Below, one piece after another: positions 14,650-27,359 of a stretch of DNA of 64,000 nt (positions are counted from its first letter, which is position 1; the number at the start of each line of letters is the position of its first letter). A program made the translations under genes and the position numbers. The notes under the pieces were generated by a model, which saw only the letters and a list, made by a program, of their open reading frames with translations, made no database searches and was not told the DNA's origin. The stretch covers positions 24,862,001-24,926,000 of the forward strand of contig JAQFVV010000003.1 of assembly GCA_028023455.1 (NCBI GenBank), in the 5' to 3' direction. This DNA comes from Epiperipatus broadwayi (lineage: Eukaryota; Animalia; Onychophora).

Positions 14650-15974
14650 GAATCAACACATTTTGAGCAGAACAATAGCAAAAATAATATCAGATTCAAT
14701 AAATGAATTAAATGCTACCCTTTCTTCAATTAGATCATTATTTTCAGTTAAGTTAGTAAAAGATTTAGATTTCTAAAAAGCTCTGAGAAATAATGAGAAA
14801 AATCATCTGCAACTAGATTTGAATTATTACTTTGTAATTTTTTTTTTTTTTTTTGTAAGAGCAAAATTGCAAAGGATTATCAGAAATATGATTTTTAGTA
14901 TTTTGTATGAATTTTTGAAAATCTTTATGATATTATATAACCTTTGTCAATCTTCCATAATTAACAAAATTGTTATAATAATTTAAGTTCTTAGTTCTCC
15001 AATATTTACAATGGTGAAATGATTTCCTTTTAATAATTTCATTAAGAGAGACTGAAAACCAGACAAAAAAAATGGTTAGTTAAAAAAAATGTCTTAGGAA
15101 TATATTAGTCAATTAATTCACTAAATGATTGTTTAAAAAACTTCATACAGAAATTTACATCTGATAAAGAATACAAATTTTTCCAGTTAAAGTTAGATAA
15201 TTGTAAACAAAGACCCAAATAATTCCCCTTTTCATAGTTTTAAAAGGATAAGGTCTATTAAATTTAATATTAATATAAAATTCTATGGGAGAATGATGTA
15301 AATCAATGGAAAAATGAAAAGAAGTATTCTACTGTAGGAAAATTACTAAGAATATAATCTAATGTGTGATTATTGAAATTGGTGTATAGATTAAATTGTT
15401 TTAGATTTAACAAATTGTAAAACTGAATCATTCTCAATGCTTTAGGTGAAAGTGAGACTGAATCTATGATAGTATTACCTGAATATAAATTAGGAATATT
15501 AAAATCATCAGTAATAACTATAAATGATTTGTATTTGATTAAAAAGACTTCAAGAATACAAAGAAATTCATTAAACTCTAAAAAGGATAATGATAGTTTT
15601 ATGTAGATAGTACCCAAAAGAAATTTGACACTATTTTCCAAACATATTTCACACCATGTAGCTTCACAAGATAATGATGAAATAGGAATATGTTTATGTA
15701 TAAAATTATATTTAAAGACAATGAGGGTGACTCCACCTCTAGAAACAACATCAGAAGATCTATCTGTTAGAAGTACTTTATATCTATTGTTCATAAAAAT
15801 ATCACCCGAGATGTGTTGAGTAAGCCAAGTTTCTGAAATAAAAACAATATCAAAATATTCAGAACTGAAGAACTGCTTAATTTTTGCAGTCTTAGTTCTC
15901 ATCCCATGAATGTTTATGTAAAAACAATAAAGACCAAACATAATATCAAAAAATATAAAATAAATAATAACCAA
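14650..15974 (-). mobile_element. CR1-like non-LTR retrotransposon ORF2: AP endonuclease and linker, ending before the RT
   Basis: ORF 15303-15974 contains NIHGMRTK, DIVFISETWL, RGGV, LGTIY, DDFNIP and NHTLDYILSN (APE motifs). Broken linker frames follow (KRKSFHHCKYWRT, NHISDNP, IESDIIFAI) down to about 14650. Confidence 0.85.
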
Positions 15975-15999
15975 GGGAAAAAAAAGTTGATAAAGGAAG

Positions 16000-17590
16000 A
16001 TATTGGCAAAAGAAATTAATCAGAAAGTATTAATGAAGTGGCCAATGAGCCATAAAATTTTTTTAATGATGTACTGCCAGGCCATAAATGATTCAAAATA
16101 AATTCCCAATGCTTATGTTTGGGAATTGAAACAAAAAAAAAAACTATTAGTATTAGAAATAAACATGTTAATCTTAAGACATATGACTTTAACCTGAAGT
16201 GTGTTTTCCAAAAATCTCTTTATATCAGTACATTTAACATCTACTGCTATATTTGAAATCAAATATTTACAATATTTATCATTATCCTTAATTAATAATG
16301 AACAGTTACTATTAATAGGACTTCTATAAGAAAATGGACTTTTAAACTTAAGTTCATCATTATCTTTAGAAATATTTTGTCTAAATTAAGAATAATAATT
16401 ACTAAATTTTTTATTATAAAATTTATTTGAATTTAATTTAAAATTATGGGGTAAACTATCCTCTTTGCTAAACTGCTTAATTGATAATTTTCTATTAGAA
16501 AATTGCTGAGGAGAAGAGGTGTTAAAAGAATATATTGGTGAAATGGAATTAGAAGGCCACCATTTATAAGATACAGTAGAATTTCCCTTATTGTGATAAA
16601 GTTGTGTTTTATCCATAAAATCATTTTTGTTTGTATTTTTTGTAAAGTAAAATATCACTATGACTTGTGTGAGAAGTTAGACCTTCTACACCAGTATCAT
16701 AACCAGTTTTATCTTTTTTAATAAATGATTGAGACTGAATTAACATAATTGTTTACAACATTTTTAGTACCAGTATCATGCGTTTCATTATATGTATTAT
16801 GAAAGTTTTTATTGTAAAATATCCTGGTTTTATTTGGACCCACTTTGGAAAAACAAGTTGATTTGACAAAAGGAAGAGAGCATTGAATACATATGGTAGA
16901 TTTAGAAGAATAATTTAATGGTTTATTACTAAGTTGAGACATCTTAATAATCAGAGAATAAATTTGTGATATAGAATAAGATTGTAAAACTTCTAAAGTG
17001 AAATGTTCAGGACATGAAATGATATCATTAAGGCATTTATCAATGCAGTTTAAATCAGCAGAAAAAGAGTCAGTTATTTCTGTGGATGTAATAGTAGAAT
17101 TAGCTGCATAAGAAAGATTACTGTTAGCCTCATAAATCAATTCATCCTGCACATTAGCAAAAGTAGAGCTATCTACAGCACTATCAGCTTTATTCCTTTG
17201 TACTAGTATAGAACCATCATCAGAATTATCAAAATCATTATTTGTAGCACCTGTCTTCACAACATCTGATAATCTAGTATTAGACTTAGAAATATAATCT
17301 AATGCATTATAATCATTAGAATTTTCTTTAATAACCTGATCTGAAGTATTATCACAAGAAGACATTATTATGAAATCTGAGTTTTCTTTACTAAATATAT
17401 CATAATCAGTAATTAAAATGTAACTATCAGAGTCCATAGGTTCAACCAAGTTACATTAATTGTGTTTTGAATCTAAACTTATGATCTTATTGGCCAATGA
17501 CTGGATTGAATCATTATCGATTACCAATTCATTAATAAATTCATTATCGACATCTGAAAATTTTGTTAAGGAAGTTATTATCATTACAAA
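16000..17590 (-). mobile_element. CR1-like ORF1 remnant of the same element
   Basis: ORF 16718-17449 plus an in-frame upstream extension past one stop, and ORF 16386-16658. At about 16050-16270 the frame KYLISNIAVDVKCTDIKRFLENTLQVKVICLKI...FVSIP...HLWPGSTSLKKF resembles the RRM-like C-terminus of invertebrate CR1 ORF1 (..WP.G..V..F). Lies directly upstream of the endonuclease on the same strand. Confidence 0.65.
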
Positions 17591-18168
17591 GCTGACATTT
17601 AATCCTCAGGGATGCATCAGAAATTATGACAAAAGATAATGTCTGGAATTTTATCTTTATTATGAATAAGCTGATTAGCTACAGTATTCACAGAGGGATA
17701 ATCTGAATCAGAAATTGATGAATTTGAAAAAGATAATTGAAAAAAAAAAGGACAGCATCATTATTAAGAGGAATCTTGCAATAATCACATACAAAAACAG
17801 TTCTATTACAATCCTCATTATTTTTAAGAATTAAAACAGTCTAAGTGATATTTTAAACCACAGGGCCCACAACATTTCAAAGATTTTTGTCTTCCATAAA
17901 TAACAGATTGGCATAATGGACAAGGAATTAAAAAAGGAGCCATAATAAATTGAAAATATTAAGCATAAGACAATGATGATAAAAAACAAACTCAGAAAAA
18001 ATGTCAATAGTATCTATACACATATATAAGATATCAACTATCATGTCATTAAATATATTAAATTGTTAAAAATAATCTATTAGATTGTTTCAATGAATTA
18101 ATTGACTCCAATCAAAATTCTTAAAATCCTTTTAATATAAATCTAATCTTTTTTCAGTATGAAGATAA

Positions 18169-19114
18169 TACACCTGGGTCTCATTTTATGTGGTAGATAG
18201 GTTCCACAGAAAACCTGCATTAAAAAGAATTGCACAAAAATAGACTTAATTTACCTTGAAAAATGGGGGATAGGTGCTGTAATTTTCAGAATTCGCATAA
18301 AAGCAAAGCAATAAAAAAAATTACTCTAAAATTTGCATTAAAAAAATAAGCAAATAAAGTATGACTAATAAAAAATTTCAAATATTTGAAAAATATTAAT
18401 ACAAGACAAACTTTTTTTATTACCATAGTATTTAATTTTACATTTTTCATACATATTTTAATCATTACCGCTAGCGTTCATTTATAAACTGGTAAGAAAT
18501 CAGATTCGATGTGATGTATTGTGACTTCTTAAATGAAGTCAAGAATCTCTCAGCAATTATGCACAGAGAAACCTGTTAAACCACTTTATTTTTATTCATG
18601 ATGTGATGTACAACTAGCACCATTTTCAGTCTTGTGCTGTGTTAATGGTTTTCTGTTTCTATATTAAAAAAATGAGATCGCAATCAAAACATTATCATCA
18701 GAAAGATTATTTTCAGTTTATAAAATCTTTGTTTTTTATTTTAAAAATCTAAAAGATTATTTATTTCTGTTATATATAACAATACATTTTAAAAGTTTAA
18801 ATTTTTTGAATATTTATTGCGATATTTTTATATGTAAGTATAAATCTATTATTATTATTTACTCATTAGTATAAATAGGTTATTTACATAAAAGCTAAGT
18901 TTTAAATACAGCTTCAGGTCATATTCATGTTAATATAACGTTATATTTTTGAAAAAAAAAAAAAAGTATTTCAAGTCAAAATAAGTTATTAATAATTTAA
19001 ATTTATTGATATCTAATAAATATAGTGAAATATAAAAGATATTAAGAAGAAATATGACTCACATAACTTCAAAATCGCATTAAAATAATCCGCATAAAAC
19101 GAGACCCAGGTGTA
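18169..19114. mobile_element. Tc1/mariner/pogo-type MITE
   Basis: Inverted termini tacacctgggtctcattttatgtgg and ccgcataaaacgagacccaggtgta match at 23/25 and include TA flanks. No coding capacity. Confidence 0.8.
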
Positions 19115-19419
19115 CTTTTTTTTTCTTTTAAAAGTATTCTTTAAAAATATTGTCATTCCTTAACTTGTAACAATCAAAATGGTACTTTAAACCAGAAAAT
19201 TTCAAATGTTTTTGTCTTCCATAAAAATTGCATATATACAAAGGATAAGTTATAGAAAATGATGCCATACATTATATTATATATCATAAAATAGTACCAT
19301 TATATATTACTACTCATTTCATATATTTCAAACAAGTTTAAAGAAATAATAAATATCCTAAGGTGAAATAACTTGAAAAACTATTGATTACATGAAGATA
19401 AATAATCACTAAATAATTG

Positions 19420-19995
19420 AAAACAATAATTTCCAAAACTAGATATCCATTAAGAATAAAAAGTTGTACACACTATATTACTTTGATATCAGTAAAATCA
19501 TGCAGTTTTCAAATATATCAATTAAACTAATTTACTCAAACTACAAATTAAAGATGTAGCAAAAATCAGTTAAGGTAATATATATATCCCGAGGTAAAAC
19601 AACTTAGAAAACTCTTGTTTACACAAAGATAAGAAATCAATAGGGAATTAGGAACAATAATTTCCAAAACTGAAAGTCCATTAAAAATAAAAAGCTGTAC
19701 ACATTATACTACTTTGATGTCAATAAGTTTAATGCAGTTTTCAATCATCCACATTAATCCTTAATTAAAGTTTTATAAAATACATAAAATTTACATTACT
19801 CTAATAACAGTAAAATTATGTCATTTTCCAATATATCCATAAAAATAATTATTCAAACTACAAATTAAAGATGTAGTAATCGGTTAAGATAATATATATT
19901 AAATACTCAAAAGTAAAACAACTTAGAAAATACTTGATCATACTAAGATAACAAATTAAGAACAATAACTTTCAAAATTGTAAATCCATTAAGAA
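19420..19995. repeat. Degenerate tandem repeat, 230-320 bp units, about 2.3 copies
   Basis: The blocks aacaataatttccaaaact, caaactacaaattaaagatgtag and gtaaaacaacttagaaaa recur in the same order. Confidence 0.65.
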
Positions 19996-22889
19996 GAAAA
20001 TGGGAAGGAAGAGAAGAAGAAGAAATAAACTGATTTCTAGGACAGTTACATTTTTAAAAATATTTTCAATATAGGAATATTAAAAGAAGACATTTTTAAT
20101 ATCCCACAACAGTAATGGTTTTCCCTATCCAAAAATAAAAAATTGACTTAAGCAAAAACTTGTGAAACGATTATTTATTTAAACTGGAAACTGATATAAG
20201 TAATTGATTGTAAATTTATTCATGCTTTAAAAATAAACAAATTGTTGCAGTTACAGTACAAAAATATAAAAATTTGGCTCTAGTTCTAATGTGAAAATTT
20301 CGTGTTCAAACCTTTAGCTTATTTAACAAGAATATGTTATTATCTGAGGTACATGCATAATAAAAAAAGTCTAAATATGCTTTTGCTAGATGGTAATTTG
20401 TAATTTAATAAGTTTAGCTCTAATAAAAAATGTGCTATAAAGTCATAAAGTTGATTGCTGGTATATACAATAATTAAGCTTCATTATTATTAAATATAAT
20501 AAAACTGTGAATATATATATATGTTAATGAGATAAAATTTAATTTGCAAGTATAATTATAGTCTTAAGCATTTTCAATGCAGTGCACCATTTACATGGTT
20601 ATTAATTTCTATATAATGGATGGTGATGATTACTTATTTTTAAATATTATTTATTTTAATAAACTTGAAAGGAAAATGTAGTTAATATTTTATACATTAA
20701 CTATTTTAATAGTCACCATGGCCACATTTCAAGATTTTTACAACTTCTCTTTAACTGCTAAAAAAAACCTCTCCTGTGAATAATTTTTATTTATACTGAG
20801 GATAAAACCCTCAGGTGCCATCTAGAATTGACTATCTTATTCCAAGAAAGGATTATAATGCTCCTAGTGCTTGATTCCACAGCTAACTCAAATAAACAAG
20901 AAACTTCTTCAACTTAGCTATCAGATAAAGCATATTTAAACACAAAACTATATAAGTGACAAATTTGTTTAACTAAATGTCATATGATGAGACATGGAGA
21001 GAGAGAGCATTTAGGCCAAATTAACAATTAAACAACATACTTATTGGCAAATAACATTATAATAATAATAAGAATAAAATAAAATTAAACTAATTATAAA
21101 TTATTCAGTATAGTCCAATTTAAATTAGGTAGTAAAAGTTCAATCATTTCTAATTTTAAAAAAAGTTTATAAAGCCACTATATTCATTTAAATCTAAACT
21201 TTGAATTATTTTCTTACATTAACCTAGGTGTTGCTATAGCTTTTATGGAATGATCACCCTTGCCTTCTTGAAAGTTTCTAGAGTTTATGGATAGTATTCT
21301 TAAACAGGTTTCCCAGTTTCTTTAGCAGATTGTAGCTTCTTTCCAGGGCAGCATATATTTTCATGGCCTGTTCAGCAATAATCATTGATAATGATGGGCA
21401 ATGTCTCAGCAATGGCAGGTCAAGGATTTCTTGTCACATCTCAGGCCAACAAATCTATATGAACTGGCTATAAAAACCAAATGAATACTTCTTTGCAAGT
21501 CTAGCACAGCATGGTGATGTTAGGGCATTCACATTGGTTATACAATGCTGGAAAACAAAACTAGATGTTCATGATCAAAGAGACTGGAGAACAAAGTTTA
21601 ACAGCAATAGGGTAGCCAGAATAACTTCAAACTATACTGGATAATTTTAATAACTCAGATGAATAATCTTATTGAACTTCAATAATAATAATGATAATGA
21701 TGAGCTAATAAGAATTTATTAGCTTATATAGCTTGATAAACCATTGTCTGAACTCACCCATATCATTAATCAGTTTTAATCCCTTTTTCTAATTAATTAT
21801 TCTTTTAATTCTAGCATTAATTATCTAATCAATTGACTGTCTTATTGATCACAGTAAAAATAATATAATCTCTTCTTGATGAGATAATTTAAAAATTTAT
21901 TTTAATCTTTGATTAGATCATAAATTTACAAAATTAAATAATTTTAGATAATTCTGTATAATTATTTACATTTCAATTTTCTTGTTTTTTCCCTTCTCTT
22001 TTTAAAATTAACATTTTAGTTGTAATTTTTTCACAAAGTAAATTTTATAATTTTTAAGTTACTTTTACACATTTTGTTTTCTTTTATTTTCATTATGCCT
22101 CATAACATTTGGGAATTTGTAAATTTATTTAAAGAAGAGATAAGCGATTCCTTTCAAATAGTAAATCTAATTAAAATTCTTAAACTACATTATACTTTAA
22201 TTATACTTTTCTCTCTTCTATTTTTTTTATTTCACATTAAGAGTTGTATGGAGTTTAATTTTTCATTTTGTTTACCTCTTATCAAACCTTTTGTTCTCTA
22301 TTCTAAAATCTCTTCATTGTATTTATTAAACTGTACAGCATTTTTTCACTGAATATAAATATATATGAATATTCTTAACATATCTTTTAAATATCTCATG
22401 TAATATGTATATTTACATATCTGTTACAATATATTAAGGCAGATGATCTCATACTACAGAAGACAGTGGCTTAAAGTTTAAAAAAAAAAAGAAACTTACA
22501 CAAAAGTTACATATATAAATATTTAAAATGACATTTAGAATAATTTAGATATTAATTTAGTTATACATAAAATTTGAGATATTCTGAAAAAATATTTAAA
22601 ATTAAATAAAATAGTCTCTGGTAGAAATATATTATTTATTTCTGATTTTGACAAAAATTTCGATTTCTAATGTTACAAAAAAAATATTTTTGTGTAATGA
22701 AAGATGTTTTTTTAAAAAAAATTAAAAATGTATGTGATTAAGATATTTTCTATATGTTTATACCTAATAATATATATATACAAACATATACATAAACAGT
22801 GAGGATTGCCAATTCCTCTACAAGCTTTATGATAAATGCTTAGCCAGAGCCAGCACTTAAAATATCTCTGTCAGGAACCCCTCCCCAAA

Positions 22890-22930
22890 CCCCTGACCAT
22901 GGTTTCGTGCTTTGGCACTCCTCAGAGAGG
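22890..22930 (-). ncRNA. Minimal type I hammerhead ribozyme, family A, copy 1
   Basis: Minus strand reads CCUCU-CUGAGGA-GUGC(CAAA)GCAC-GAA-ACCAUGGU-C^AGGGG. The core CUGANGA/GAAA is complete. Stem II is a perfect 4 bp, stem III is the palindrome ACCAUGGU, the triplet is GUC, and stem I CCUCU/AGGGG has 5 bp with one GU. Predicted cleavage is between 22895 and 22894. Confidence 0.88.
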
Positions 22931-23325
22931 TGTCAGGGTAGGTTCAGACACTAGATCTAAAAATACCAACCCAAAGCCAAGCACTTAGCTAAAAGTTATC
23001 TATTGAGTGGAAAATCTGAAATTTTCAGACATGTACATGTCTTCAAACCCAGCTATCCAACTCAAATAGCTACATGGGGCTGATAGATCTTCAGCCATGC
23101 CATATAGTAGTAGTCATAGCAATATAAAATTGCATAAGACTTTTTGGCAGAGACTATAAATAGTCAAAATAAAAAGTCATAGATCAATTCATAGATCACA
23201 TGACCCTATCTCTTAAGCTTGTAAGTTATAAACAGTGAGGATTGCCAATTCCTCTACAAGCTTTATGATAAATGCTTAGCCAGAGCCAGCACTTAAAATA
23301 TCTCTGTCAGGAACCCCTCCCCAAA

Positions 23326-23366
23326 CCCCTGACCATGGTTTCGTGCTTTGGCACTCCTCAGAGAGG
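23326..23366 (-). ncRNA. Minimal type I hammerhead ribozyme, family A, copy 2
   Basis: Identical to 22890-22930 and exactly 436 bp away in the same orientation. Predicted cleavage is between 23331 and 23330. Confidence 0.88.
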
Positions 23367-24009
23367 TGTCAGGGTAGGTTCAGACACTAGATCTAAAAAT
23401 ACCAACCCAAAGCCAAGCACTTAGCTAAAAGTTATCTATTGAGTGGAAAATCTGAAATTTTCAGACATGTACATGTCTTCAAACCCAGCTATGACTACTA
23501 CTATATGGCATGGCTGAAGATCTATCAGCCCCATATAGCTATGGAGTCAGGAATATCTCAACCACTATGCCCAGAGAAACTGGTTAATCACTTTACCTTC
23601 CCTTTCCATTCCCTGTTCTAAGTTTTCCCATATTCTTCTCTATTCTGTTCCATCCCATTTCACAACATAATCTTTGTCAACTCCACAGCCTTTATATCTA
23701 AATCCCCCATATCTTTTCACAAACCCAGTATAAAAAAAATAACCCAATTTCTGTATAATCACTTTGTTGACATTTATTCTTCCACAGCTTCATTATTAGT
23801 ACTCTTCTGATTTCAGGCATTTACATTCAATTAAGAGATGCCTAATATTTTCCTTACAAAACTTGCAGACTAAATCACTCACATTTTTCCATTTATGTGT
23901 ATATTCCCTTGTTATTAAAGATCCTGTTCAAGTCTTAAACAATTAACTGACATCCAATATTCCATTTACTTCTATATATATTTAAACTCTTTTTACTCTC
24001 CATATTAGT

Positions 24010-24438
24010 TCTTCATCGATGTGATGTGATCACTGTGACTTCTCCTTATACGAAGTCAGGAATGTCTTAGCAACTATACCCAGAGAAACTTGTTAGCCAC
24101 TTTACCTTCCCTTTCCATTCTCTACCCTAAGTTTTCCCATAATCTGCTTCATCCCATTTCCACAACATAATCTTTGTCAACTCCATGGCCTTCATATCTA
24201 ACTCTCCCTTATCTTTTCCCAAACCCAGTATAAAAACCAATAACTCACTTTCTGTGTAATCACTTTGTTCATATTTATTCTTCCATAATTTCATTATTTG
24301 TATCCTTTCTGCTTCCAAGCATTTACATTGAAGTAACAAATGCCTAATATTTTCTATGCCTTCCTTACACAACTTGCAGACTAAATCACCCATATTTTTC
24401 CATTTACATGTATATCTCTCATTAATTAAAACTGCCAC
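24010..24438 (-). mobile_element. 3' end of a non-LTR retrotransposon with C-terminal CCHC zinc knuckle
   Basis: ORF 24127-24438 contains CKLCKEGIENIRHLLLQC (Cx2Cx7Hx4C). The 3' UTR has a GACTTC...GAAGTC stem-loop and a cacatcacatc tail. Related copies lie at about 23546-23900 (tandem), 24570-24750 (inverted) and 18505-18570. Confidence 0.7.
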
Positions 24439-25559
24439 CTACATAAAATTTCACAAACTAATATTTGAATATATGCATATACTGAAATCAAAAAATGCAA
24501 ACTTACACTGCATACTGCAAAATAATATAAATTCAGACGTTATAAAGTAATGATACATTCAACAAAATGAGTTAGGTGGCGCAAGAGTTGACAAAGATTA
24601 TGTTGTGGAAATGGGATAGAGCAGAATATGGAAAAAATTAGACTGGGGAATGTAAAATTAAGTAGCTAACAAGTTTTTCTTAGTATAATTGCTGAGAGAT
24701 TCTTGACTTCGTTTACGGAGTAGCTACAGTACAGTACATCACATCACATGATTTTTAAAAAAAAATTAATAGAGAATACTAGTTAGAACTTTATTTTTTT
24801 TCTATTATTTAATTAACTTAGTAATCATTATTTTAAATTTTATAGTGAAGTTATTTAAATATTAGATTAAATATTAATAACTTTACATTTATCACAATCC
24901 AAAAGTCTAGTTCTTGTCATAATAAATTTGGGGTATGTGCATAGAGATCTATAGAATTCTATTTGGAATTATTTAGATAGAACTAAAACACACGGGATCC
25001 TCTTTAAAGTATACATATTTTATTTACATGTCTCATGATGATGACTACTAGTTTATTTATGGCTAGTAGATTCATGGTATCATATACCCTGCATACTGAT
25101 AATCAGCATTTAATAATTCCAGTCTACTTTTTATAGCATTCAATATATTACACTATTTACTTATGTGATGATTGCTCTTTTATGTTATATGTCATCGATT
25201 ATTATTCATTTTATCATGATTAGCATAAGAGTATATTCCAGTGACAAATGGTGATTGTTAATGATTATTTGTTGCTGATGCTATGGTTATTATTTATATT
25301 TGCTTCTGATGAACTGTTGATTCTGTTCAAAATTTTCATTGAATTACAAATTGCTCTTTCATGCATGGCTAGATCCACCATAATAGATTATAAATAATTT
25401 TTCTTTATGTCTACATACTTTTATCAAATCATCCCATGCACAACTGGACAATTACAATATATATATCTTGATACTCTGCCATAGTTATTAATACTAATAT
25501 AAAAAAGAAATACAAAATCAGAATTTAAATATATGCTTTCACATCATATTCATGGTTAT

Positions 25560-27340
25560 TATGCTGAAGAAAAGTATTTGTCCTCTGGTTTATAATGTAT
25601 TAATTTTTTGCAATGAGCCATGCTTCTTTAATTTTGCTTTTATGATCTTTTTTCTCTTCACACATTATTTTAACACAATTTGGAACAAAACTATCACCAT
25701 ATTCCCTTTGTCTGTGACTTTCTGTACATCAGATAATATTGCATCTTTCTTATTTTAAGGTTTGCCTTTATCTCACCTTAGTATCTATATGGACAGTTTT
25801 TTTGGCTGGTTAGTCCAATGTTTGTATTTTATCCTTCATGTTGTTAATAAGTTAAGTTAATGAATATTCTAAATCTGACATCAAATCTATCTGAGCAAAT
25901 CTGTACTACTTTGTTACCCATGTGTGATTAGTATGATATGACAATCCAGTTTTAGTTTCCTATTTTTGTTTTGAATTGCTGTATATATTGGTATATGTGC
26001 ATTCTGTTTTATCCTGCTTTTGTCAAATCAACTATTTATCTTAAGTCTATCAAATACAAGCTGACATAAATAATTATTATGGTATACGAAGATTTTTAAT
26101 CCTGGAAATTTAAACAATGTGAGCACTTGTGATTTTACATCTATACATGCTCTGATATGAGAGGGTTTGATAATAATTTTGTATTGCAGTGTATTATAGG
26201 TCTGCTTTAGTTTTAAGGGATTTGATAATCATTTTTTACTGCAGGATATTATGGTTATGCTTTAGTTTTAAGTCAAGATATTGGATTTGATTATCTTCCT
26301 TTAGTTTAATGGTCCAAGACAATCCTGAATTCATGTTCAATTCATTGAACAAGTGATTGATGAGCTCTTGTGGTGCACATATAAAGATATCAACATAGTG
26401 TATGTTTATAGAATTTTTGTGTATGTTTAGTATAGGGCAATTATGTTAGTTTCTTTATAAGCCATGGTCTGATTATATATAATTGCACTAGTGGATAGAC
26501 CCATCGCCATGATTCTACCATTTCATTCATATTACTTCTATATGCAACCACAATATCATTATTTATCCATGTCAAGAACTCTACAATGAATTCCCTTCTA
26601 TGCATTTCAGTTCTATTATTTATTAATAACTCATTGATTATTTTAATTGATCCATTGTAATTTACTGTTCCATAAAACTCCATGACATCAAAAGCAGCCA
26701 TTCTGTGTTGGTTGGAATTGATAGTATTTTATGCATTGGACAAAACTAATTCTTCTTTTAGTAAGTGTGTTATGTATTTGAATATTTTATAATAGTATGC
26801 TCCTCCAGAAGTCAATCATTAATCAAAGTGGGGATACTGCTCTTTGTGCATTTTAATAATTAGCAAATAATTTGGGAAGTATAATATTTGATAGGTACAT
26901 TTGTAAGTACTGATTACTGTCATATAGTTTGTGTATAAATTTTCTGAGTGTGCATATTGTAAATGTTTCTTTTATAATTGCAATATGTGTGAGAACTTTC
27001 TCTTCAAAGGTGTTATTATTTAAAAGTACAAAATGGTGGCCTTTGTCCTCTTTCATACAAGGCATATTATTTTTACTGAGGACTCATTTAAATATTTTGA
27101 CGCTTTCAAATCAGAATGAGTCGTTTATCTTTTTATATTGTTTTATAATGCTGCAACCACTTTGTTGAATAATTTTTCTTTATCTTTATTATTTTCATAT
27201 GCAGTTTCCAACTCTTCTATCATCTCCAGAAAATGGTTTAACCAATCTCCTCCCATGTATCTAAGTACAGGGTTCAGGATTGTGGTGTACTTAAATCCTA
27301 CTTTGTAATTTGATAAGTTGACAAATATATCATTTGGCAA
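25560..27340 (-). pseudogene. Decayed Penelope-like ORF, inverted partner of 27360-29230
   Basis: ORFs 27143-27361 (FVNLSNYK), 26853-27065 and 26441-26701 (AAFDVMEFYGTV...EFIVEFL) are colinear with the plus-strand copy through the GIY-YIG region. Confidence 0.8.
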
Positions 27341-27359
27341 AGGTGAAGAATTTTTTGAC

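Larger units (their letters stand above)
22792..23545 (-). mobile_element. Non-coding retrozyme / non-autonomous Penelope-like element: two identical 265-bp direct repeats plus a short inverted segment
   Basis: 22792-23056 is identical to 23228-23492 by eye, and each copy contains a hammerhead. About 23488-23545 is the reverse complement of about 23069-23123 (one mismatch). Tandem pLTR-like repeats with an inverted terminal piece are typical of PLE-derived insertions. Confidence 0.75.
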
